Below, piece by piece: positions 1 to 9,739 of a stretch of 64,000 nt of DNA. Below the pieces are notes generated by a model. The model saw nothing but the letters and a program-made list of their open reading frames with translations, had not been told where the DNA came from and searched no databases. This DNA comes from Balanoglossus misakiensis (Eukaryota; Animalia; Hemichordata), in assembly GCA_040954595.2 (NCBI GenBank), contig CM082585.2, positions 9,164,564 to 9,228,563 of the forward strand, given 5' to 3'. Position 1 is the first letter of the stretch; the number at the start of each line of letters is the position of its first letter. The translations under genes were made by a program, and so were the position numbers.

Positions 1-3000
1 TCGTTCACGTCAACCTACGGCAGTGACGTAAACATAGCAAGTGGGGAAAACATAGAAATGCAATGTGAAGCAATGTCGACTAAAGTAAGGTGTTCACCAC
101 TGTATTGATTTAGTATGAGTGTTTATGCATCCCAGGAATTGTCTCACTCAAAGGGACAGTCACTAAAAATGATTTTATGCTCATTGCGAGATCTAGCGAG
201 ACTTGCTTAATTGCCATAGCGATAGGTTGCTAGCCAAGTACATGTAATACGCGACAGGCTTTGTATGAAAATCTCGCAGGGTCTCGTGGAGGTCGGAATC
301 TGGTCTATTGTGACATTCTTGGTTTTTTTCATTCATCGTTTGCATCCATCCACTCGACACGTCTGTATGTCTTTTCTCGTACAGTCACCATTGTTGAACT
401 TTTTTCTTCATTTCTGGATTATTGTCTCTTCATTGTATTTCAGCGATACCTGAACTTTGCTGTGTGGCTGTGTCGGAGGACATCCGACACACTGCTAGGC
501 AAATGCCTCTGTCCAGAAACTGCCATCGAGTCCAAATATTCCATAACATCCAAGTCAGACCCTGACACGACACAACTCACTCTAAATTACACTCTGCAAA
601 ATGTGAGCCACAGTGCCACCGATCGCTACTTTTGCCTGGTCCAAGTGGGACTCAGTGACACAGTTGTGGACGGATTTGGCGCCATAGATGTCAACGTCCG
701 AGGTGAGTCTGCGCAAAATGAAGCGTTTGCATAAATTACTTGTACAACTCGCATGTGGACAGTATGTATGAGCTGATTACCACCTGATTTGCAACTTAAA
801 GACTTGTTTAGGAGAGAAGTACCATGATACAAAAATATACCTCGGAAATATGGAAGAGGATAGAGTCTTGACTCTTCATTGAACCAACGCTGTCAATGAT
901 ACAATTATACAACCATATGGGTTTGTCATGCTTTATTACAGATATCAGTAAACCAGAAATCATGAAGGGCCCCAGGAGTGTCAGTGTCCGTGCAGGGACT
1001 GAGTTGACACTGACATGTAAAGCAAGGGGCTTCCCTAAGGTGTCATACTTGTGGTTCAAAGATGGAGAACTCCTGGACGAGATAGAGAGCAGGTAAATTT
1101 CAAAAGGGCGGTTTCTCCACACGCCGTGAGTTGAACATTTCGTGAGATAAAAAAGCTGCCGATGATCGGTAAAGTATGTCTCTTTTTCTGAACTTGCAAG
1201 CTATTAAGGTAGTATATGCATCTCAAAAAAACAAAGTCAAGCTTTCTCTCATATTTTAGTCGAGGCAACTTTAGATTACTCTATATTTAAATTTGATAAT
1301 AAAAATAAGGGGTCGTCCGCACCCCAAAATTGCCAGAGAGAGCGAAATTGTCTCAATTTAGAAAATCAAAAATGGCCGCAAATCTCTGTATAGTATGTAG
1401 ACAATTTAATGTAGCGATTTTCATGAAAACAAAAAAAAGAAACTGCTATACATTTATTTTATTCTTATAATTTCAGCATCTTGCCATTATCATGGGATAC
1501 TTCCATAAGCAGCTACCATATCAACGTGACGTCATCAAGCGACGGAGGGGAGTACAAATGTGTTGCTTTCAACTCTGTCGGCAATGCCACATCAAAGGGT
1601 GCGTTGGTGGCAGCCGAAAGTAAGTATTAGGTAGAATGCACCTCGAAAATCAGTCTTTAACATTTTCTCAAATTTAGCTCAAGGGAACTTTACATTATGT
1701 GCCTTTAAAACTCTAGAATAAAAATAAGGGTTCGTCGTGCAAATATTAGAACAGCAGCAAAATTGTCTCAAATCGTATCAAATTTGAAATTCAAAATGGC
1801 GATCAATTGTTTAACCTTTCCTCGAAGGATTGAAACTGTCATTACAAAATCGCAATATTATTCTCTTCAGTTGATATGCCGACCTCCAAACCGACGATGA
1901 CTGGCCCAGATAAAGGTAAATCTCCTTTAACCAACAACATTGGTAATAATTAGTGCATATCTGAAAGGCGTCAATTCAGTCATTTATAATTATTTTAATT
2001 TATTTGTTTTGATAATATTCGATTTTATTCTGTGATCTGAGCATTTTTTAATTGAGGAAATTGACTCAATTTTTAGTAAGAACAACACTAAGCAAATAAT
2101 AAATTATTTATATTTTCTAAACGGGTATATATTAAAGCGCTACAAAATTCCCTTTTAGATGCAACCATAATTATTGGCGTTGTAGTAGCAGCTGTTTTTC
2201 TTGTGTTGGTTGCCATAGTGATTGGAGTTATCATTTACAAGAGTGAGTATTCCCCACCACCGCCAAGTTACTTTACAATCTCTGTTAAACCCTGTTGTAG
2301 TTTCATACACGAAGCTTGACTTTCCTATTGCTTGGCTAGCAAACCGTTGCTACGGTAATTAACCAAGTCTCGCGAGATCTCGTAATTAGCGGTTATTCGT
2401 TTTTGGCAGGGGTGGTCAGGGATCGACGGCAGCAAGGCGATCAAGAAGAGAAAAGGGATATCCCACCGATCAATGTGTCCATCGGCCAAACGGTGGAAGC
2501 CAACAATTTCATCGTCAAAGTGGAGGGACACGGAGCCGGTGTCACGTGCAATTTCATGGGTGACGTCAACATTGGTGGTGGTGGAACCCTTGGCGATCAG
2601 ATCGAGGGCGGTGGGGGTAGTACGCAGATACATCGTAAGTACATCCACGGTCACTGTACATTGGTATACCTTGAACTATCGTAGCAGAGGGGGAGAGATT
2701 CTTACAAACATGATCAAGAAATTATATCCATGCCCCCCCCCATATTTACCACAAAATGGCTTCATGCGAACGGTTAATCTAGGAAAGATATAGCAACACG
2801 GTTTCACACAAAATGGAGCCAGTACGTACACACGGTGCAGACTATATCTAGAACAATCTGATGCAAATCAAAAACACAATAGAATGGTGGTTTTTCATGT
2901 ACAAATATGCTCAATTTCATTTTAGCTGTAGAAAACACCGAAGAGGCCTCTGACAATGCAAGTACTGGCAGCAGAGAGCCCAACAACCGAGAAGGAGAAC

Positions 3001-3206
3001 ACGGAGATGAAAACCAACCCTTAAACCCTCTGATCCATGCTGAGTGTGACGTCGGGGGTGACGTCATTGGCGCTGCAGCACAGGAGCAAGAACGGGGATG
3101 CGGTGGGCGAGAGGGTGGGAAGGAAGGAGAGAAGACCCTCGGTAAAGATGGCGACCGGGATAGCAAAGCTGTTAAACTGGACGAGAATACACCGTTGATG
3201 GCGTAG
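1..3206 (+). CDS. Ig-superfamily type I membrane receptor, paralog 1 (5' part lies outside the window): V-like Ig + I-set Ig + TM + cytoplasmic tail with RHIM-like motif
   Basis: Exons in continuous frame with GT-AG sites: <1-84, 444-702, 942-1092, 1477-1619, 1871-1915, 2159-2242, 2410-2634, 2926-3206. Ig hallmarks: MQCEA..VWLC..DRYFCLV and LTCKARGFPKVSYLWFKDG..DGGEYKCVAFNSVG. TM segment IIIGVVVAAVFLVLVAIVIGVIIYK. Exon phases match paralog 2. Confidence 0.88.
1204..1395 (+). mobile_element. Dispersed repeat family B fragment (TTAAGGTAG terminus; Kolobok-like end)
   Basis: Colinear similarity to 1627-1805 (GGTAG..TGCA.CTC, AACTTTA.ATTA, AATAAAAATAAGGG.TCGTC, AAATTGTCTCAA, AAAATGGC). The first 16 bp recur inverted at 18439-18454. 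Confidence 0.6.
1627..1805 (+). mobile_element. Dispersed repeat family B fragment, second copy in the next intron
   Basis: Diverged colinear match to 1204-1395. Confidence 0.6.
2312..2385 (-). repeat. Dispersed repeat family C carrying TCTCGCGAGA
   Basis: The reverse complement CGAGATCTCGCGAGACTTGGTTAATTACCGTAGCAACGGTTTGCTAGCCAAG matches 178-290, 7416-7511 and, partially, 18017-18068. Confidence 0.7.
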
Positions 3207-4268
3207 CCAGTTGGAGATCCACGTGTTGAATATGGCGCAAAATATACTGCGGCTTGTATCAACTCCTCAGAGTTTTAAGAAACATCATAGTCAAATATGG
3301 GACCAAGGAAACTCCCCAAGTTCCATAGTAACTGAGCTTGGGGTGTATACTACAACATGGCTGCTAAGCTCTATACACGTATTAGTTTAGTCTTTGTAAT
3401 AATACACGGTGTTACGCACATGAAATTGTTGATTTCCACACAATGCACCCCTTTTCGCCGTTTTTAATTTTTTTTTCAATAAAGATTCTTTTTGGACATA
3501 TCTCCTCCTACTGTCTATGATTGAACTATCTTTGTCTTTTACTTCCTGAGTGACCCCCCCCCCCACCTAGTCTTAAATCAGCGGCTAATCCGGAATGTAA
3601 GATATCGAATAGCTTTGTAAAACACCAGAAGAAACGTCGTTCTTCTATTGATGGTGACGCGTAGAAAGGTCTGAAAGTCGTTCCGAACGTCTGCACCAGA
3701 GACGTAAACATCGTCTGGTAATCATGTGACAGTGACGTTCCGCGTAATGATTGGGTGTCATTTACGCGTATTAAACCATAGACTGTACTGTCTATGATTA
3801 AACCATGCTTCGTGACGTGACATCAATAGCTTGTAGTGAGTGAATGCACCAGGCGTAGCCGCCTGTAATACACATACCCGGAACATCACCAGAGTTTGGA
3901 CAGATCCGTGTGTGGGAACCTGAGGTTACTGTGGCTGTGCTAAAATTAGAACCCAGTTCGGAGAATTACGACCCGTTCTCGTCACTTCCGGCGTGTACAC
4001 TCAATAAGCGCCGCACTGAAACTACGAAGGTTGCCTGGCGCAGTTGTGCGACCTAATTCCTCAATTCCTCGTATCCGACTCTATCGAGTTGCCCATAGGC
4101 AATTCACTTCCTTACAGCAGCCGACGTGGTTATCATAATCGGGACGTTTCGTCGGAACACCTTTTCACGCATTTCGCCCTCCGCTTAAAGAAATTCAAAG
4201 ACCGTTCACCCAGGCAGTATTTTAGAGTTTTGTCGAACGATACTCGAAGACGACTTGGATGTGACGTC

Positions 4269-7200
4269 ATGGGCAGGATGTGGCCAAGGACTCACTTTAC
4301 TGTTGCGTGGATTGTATGGATCTTATGTGTTGATATTGCTGGTAAGTGTTTCCTCCACTGACCACGAGAGTATGTCTTGTATAAGGGGCCGGGGGGGGGG
4401 GGGGGGGGCTTGAGTGGAAGAAAATGGACCGAAATGATTGTCCTTGATGTTAATTTTCGTCTGATTGAATGGCAAGAATTTGGCAAAAGAATTAAAGGAG
4501 CATACGTTTTTCACTTTTGTTTCCGAACAGTTTTAGCTAAATATAGCTAAAATATAAAAAATTACACAAAATACAAAAACGGACAAAAACTGGAAACTAT
4601 TGTCCAGAGGTATCTGTAGAACATGTATATGTAGTATGTGAACCTTCAAAATGGCCGGGCCGGCGCAGTTTTGTTAGCTCTCTTTGATGTCTTGACCACA
4701 AATTTCCATTTACCTTCAGTCCCTGCTTGCGAATGGGATCAGGTCGTGACGGACTTTGCCGTTTGCACAGCGGCAGAACCAGATAACGGCTACGGCGTGG
4801 AAGACTTGATTTATCCGACAAGGAGTTGTTCTTATTACGAGGACTGGGTGGAGTACATATCCTTCACGACATCTCGCGGGAGGGACTTTGAAATCCGAAC
4901 CGGCGATCAAATAGAACTACACTGTGAGGCCGAATCGAAACTTGTGAGTACATGATGATATAGTTTTACTAACGTTGCATCATTTTCATAAAACTGCAGT
5001 TCTTCACATGTTTTTTTTCAATGTTTACCATATTTAAGCCTTCCTTGACTAATTTAATATTAAAATAAAATACTGGGTGTAGTGTAATCATTATCACAAT
5101 GTTTTGAACATAAACTGTCTTTCGAAAACTGATGTTTTGCTGAGAGTATAACACTTGTTTATGATTGTTGTGTTTAAAACGACAATGCAATCGTTTAATT
5201 TTTTATTTCCAGGAAGGTTACACATTTACCATGTGGCTATGTCAGAGGTCATCCGAAACACTAGCGCTGTGCCTATGCCCTCAGACGGCCTCGAGGTCAG
5301 GTGGGGAAAAATACCCACTTGAATTTGTGAGAAGCCGCGACGAGTCAAGGTTGAGTTTGAACTACACTCTGACCAACGCGACCTTGTCTGACCAGTTCTA
5401 TTGCCTGGTTCAAGTGTCCTACGGGCAACACGTCCATGGGTTTGCCGACATTAACGTCGACGTGGAGGGTGAGATGGCTATGAATTTAGGATTAAACAAA
5501 TTATTCGTGAAGAGAGACGAAAAAAAATCATGAGAGAAACTGCATGATTGGAATGATTATCCGGAGAAACAAATGCAGGCGGTGATGACACGGGCCCATA
5601 TGGGTTGCATTGGCGAACGCAGATGGTTTCAATACGGTTTGAACGTTTGAACTTTTCAGATAACTACGAACCAGAAATAACAAATGGGCCAAAGAATACC
5701 ACCGTTTTGGAAGGAGAGGAGTTGCTTGTGTCATGCAAAGCGATTGGATTCCCCGCCGTTGAGTATACGTGGGTTAAGGATGGAGAACAGCTAAGTGAGA
5801 ATAACAGGTAAGGTCTATACGCGGTCATTGGCCAAGACTTGCAATGGGAACTGTATTCAGGGCATGGCCTAATTTCATTGAAATAGTGCCGCACAGAATA
5901 ATACTGTTCTTCCGTTGCCGTGGTGATCTACAGAACTCGGTCCTACGTAGTAGTGTCGACAAGACAAGAGAGCAGGCTGTACATCAATGCCACTTTGCCA
6001 GAAGATGAAGGAATTTACTGGTGTTATGCCGAAAACTCTGTCGGCAATGCGAGGTCAGAGGGCGCTGTGGTACATGTTGAAAGTGAGTCTGCGTATATAT
6101 CTAAGTCTCTGTCTCTCTGTCCGTCTGTCTGTCTCTCCCCCCCTCTCTGTCTCTCTTTCTTTCTCTATGTCAAACACATTGAAATTGAATTATGTAAACG
6201 CTGCACACTTATGTTTAGAGGTAGAATCCTCTGCTGCGAATAACTATTGGCGTGGATTGAGTTGACAGAAAATAAATTTTGTTGGCCACATTCGTTCCAA
6301 ACAACTAATCATTACAGTATATTTGAAATGACAGGTTATTTTTTTTGTCGTGATTTTAGGTCGACACCCAACGCACATACCTCTGGTAGTACCGGGTAAG
6401 TAAGGTAACTCATTCAATCTACGAGTTGTTCCAGTGAATCTGTGATTCTATAAGCGTTTTCCTTTGATTATAAACGTGTTGTGGATGATGGGTACATGCA
6501 AGCAATTTACGTGCGATTACTTGTGGGAACTGAGCAATTTATAACTTTTCTGAGTTTCATTCCAGACCTGAGTACACCCGTAAGCATAGGAGTCGTGGCA
6601 GCTGTCATTGCATTGATCGCTATTGTAATAGTGGTGGTCGTTTACAAAAGTAAGTATTTAATGTATGATGCTGATTCAATCCAAAACAAACATTTGCCAA
6701 AGTAACCCGATTTAATAAAACTGCAAATCCTCAACTTTTAGTTGTTTCATTTTCCTCCAGAGGTTATAAAGAAACAGTGGGAAAGAATAGATGAACAACA
6801 GAATGCGACCAAGCCGGTTGCCGTGACAATCGACGGGGGATTAGACACCAAGAATTTTGTCTTGAATGTTGACGGCCAAGGGCGTGACGTCACGTGTAAC
6901 TTCATGGGTGATGTCAACATAGGTGGCGCGAACATGGCTGATCAAATAGAAGGTAGGGTTTCCGAGGAGTGCATGTAGGCCTATTTGGCATATGTGGTAC
7001 TGATGATAATGAGGGATAGCATATCCGATATTTATTCATGTGTTCAATATGTTTAGTGGTTAGAACTCATCCGCCCTTGCTGCTCACTAAATTGTGATGT
7101 TACATTTCGTTCGCAGCTGATGTCGAAGGAAACCTTGGTATCCCTGGTGACGACGAAGGCATTGGTATGCCATACAATGACCACATGGATGAACAAGAGA

Positions 7201-7406
7201 TCGCAAATGATGACGTCATAGACGAACGAGAAATGGATGTTCAGGCAGAAGAGCAGGACGTAATGCAGGATGACATTGACGAGCAAATTTTGTTCGATCT
7301 TCTCAATGACGATGTCAATGACAACATAGAGGGCGTTCACCCGTTGGAGATGAGGGAAGAACCGGAAGTGGACTCGGAGTCAGAAGAGGGGAGTGACGTC
7401 GAATAG
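4269..7406 (+). CDS. Ig-superfamily type I membrane receptor, paralog 2 (483 aa): signal peptide + Cys-containing N-segment + V-like Ig + I-set Ig + TM + RHIM-like motif + acidic tail
   Basis: Exons 4269-4341 (signal peptide MGRMWPRTHFTVAWIVWILCVDIA), 4720-4943, 5213-5468, 5660-5807, 5934-6082, 6360-6395, 6566-6649 (TM), 6761-6952, 7117-7406; total 1452 nt, open frame. Ig motifs LHCEA..MWLC..QFYCLV and VSCKAIGFPAVEYTWVKDG..DEGIYWCYAENSVG. Confidence 0.9.
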
Positions 7407-7415
7407 ATGATTTCT

Positions 7416-7511
7416 TGCTCATTGCACGATCTCGCGAGACTTGGTTGATTACGTACCGTCGCGTATCTTCCCATATACTGCCTGACAATACTAGATCTCG
7501 CAGGGTCTCGG
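7416..7511 (+). repeat. Dispersed repeat family C copy, immediately 3' of the paralog 2 stop codon
   Basis: TGCTCATTGC..GATCTCGCGAGACTTGGTTGATTAC...ATCTCGCAGGGTCTCG, colinear with 178-290. Confidence 0.7.
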
Positions 7512-9739
7512 AAAATAGTCTGCTTGTATTGAGAGATGTGTCGTCAAGGTATTTGCCAACTCCTGTGTATATGTTTCAGTATTCGCTTAAAAAATTATAA
7601 AATTACTTTAAGTTTAAACCAAAGTTTTATAAGATGTTAAAAGAGTATTTTAAGAACAACATTCCTCTGTAATTGACTCATGATTTAGAGTCACTTTCCA
7701 TTTTTTTCTCTCAATGTATTATCTTGTATTGCAAGAGCCCCGATGAATATTACTCAATGGGTAAATCGGACGCTCCTTAAAAGTGTAAATAAATGAAATA
7801 AATGAGAAGCTTAAACATTTGAAAAATGTTAATCAAGAAACTTATTATCGCACCAAGAGGGTGTAAAATGTAGTTGGAAAGTCACCACAAAATGTCTTTG
7901 CAAAAGCAATAAACCAACACGACCCTACGGCTCTCCAAACCCGCCCTCTTGTGGCCAAACTTTCATTCATGCCTCAACGTGTCAAGGACGCTGACATGGC
8001 CTGGTAATTCATGAAACAAACTGTTCATGAAACGACCTGTAAAATACGATCCCCAGGTCAAGTGTCAGCCAATATGGTAGCCCTCTTTGTGAGACTGTAG
8101 ACTCAGCGCAACCATTTCCAGATTTGAATGACGGTGGTCAATCACCATAGTCTGCTTAGTTGCGGGAGGTAGGGCCTATATGTACATGGTACCTAACATT
8201 CACCAGTCTTTTTGCGATATGAATAACGTATTGGTCTTATAATACCTACTAAGGTATTGCACACATCAGCGCTTACATCGGGGTAAGTATTCGAACAATA
8301 TCCTTCATACTACTACGTACGCACGTGTCTGTCTGCACAACCGGTAAGTATATGTACGTAAAACAACAAGTAGCTACACTGGCTAACTAGTACTGTACAA
8401 CTACATGTACAAGGAAATACGAAACCAACAACATGGGGATATAGAATAACGGCAAAGGGAAGTAAAATGGGTTTGTCTTTTTCTGTTGATCTGCATAAGC
8501 TTTCGGTTGTGTGAAAACGCCCATGACGCGTTGCTTGGATCGGTCTAACCGTGCCAGGTGTAGGTACATGTGTATATGTAAAAAGCTTAGAAGGTGGGCA
8601 CGCGCAATTGTAATTTCTTCAGATCTGCCGACCGAAAACAAATATTCCGGTACAAAAAAATGCATTTACTGATCGATTGCCAGCTATAGGACAAACATGC
8701 ATACAAAATGATTATGGGGTTTGGTCACCTAGACAAAAATGAATGACTCAGGCCTATACTACCTGTATGATCTGGAAGTGCCAAGCGAACCATTAGGTAT
8801 TCCTTATGGGAGTTGACATGGAGACTGTTGTAGGCCTATGGATTGGATTCCCAAACGCGCAAAACTTGAAATGTCAACGTCTTGCATGATGAAGCCCATA
8901 GGCCTCCATGTATATAAAACTAGACATGCAGACTTGTACTTGTAGCGGCAGCCGGCGAAGAGTCCCGCAGTTCGTCTGCTCAGTAAAATGGGCTGGAATA
9001 CTGGGATGACACACGCCGTTGCGTTGTCCACACCTCCTCCGTGTATCAGATTTTGGAACCACTTGATACTCTGAGTTCCCTTGAGCGGATCAATAACAAT
9101 GTTCGCCTCTCGCGCACGAGGCATGACAACTATAGCTTGCACACGTTCACAAATTCTGTCTGCATCAAAGAGGGACTGTGACAACACGTAGGAAACCGGT
9201 AAACGATCTCATAGGCCGAAATGAAAAATCAACTCTACGGAAGGCTTACCCATATTTCCGAGCACACCGATACATAAATCTACTTCGTAGTTTGGCTATC
9301 TATATATCAAATACCTGTACGACACTCGATCGACGGGAACTCGACGACGAACCAGACGCATGGCCGTGGAGACGTGCGGAATGTACTGTCGTCTGCACAG
9401 CACATTTCGACAACCGGAACCGGAACCCTATGACATAAGAAATGATGCATCCTGGGATAACCGAAAATGGTATAGTCAAGTTCTACTTGGCGATGATTCT
9501 TTTTCACAGGTTTTGTAGGCCTATATGAAATCGCAGAAAATAAGAAACAAATACATGTGTATAGGCTTTAGTGTTTTAAGAATATAAACCGTTCTGATCG
9601 ACTTACACTGCTATTCTAAACCATCTATTCGTATTAACATCTCTTTATGCAAAAAGAAACAAACAGTTCTCTCTATCTGTGAAATTTTATCCTACAGGTG
9701 AAATCATTCTGGTTGCACTTAGCAGTGGACATTAATACA

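Noticed and set aside
3900-4160. NF-kB-like sites upstream of Ig paralog 2 (GGGAACCTG, GGGACGTTTC)
   Set aside because: Imperfect matches expected by chance; insufficient to claim immune-inducible regulation.
8804-9187. 127-aa minus-strand ORF and an overlapping ~64-codon plus frame upstream of TMTC
   Set aside because: Non-ATG start, no recognisable motif and no consistent splice partners; at most a decayed repeat or UTR sequence.
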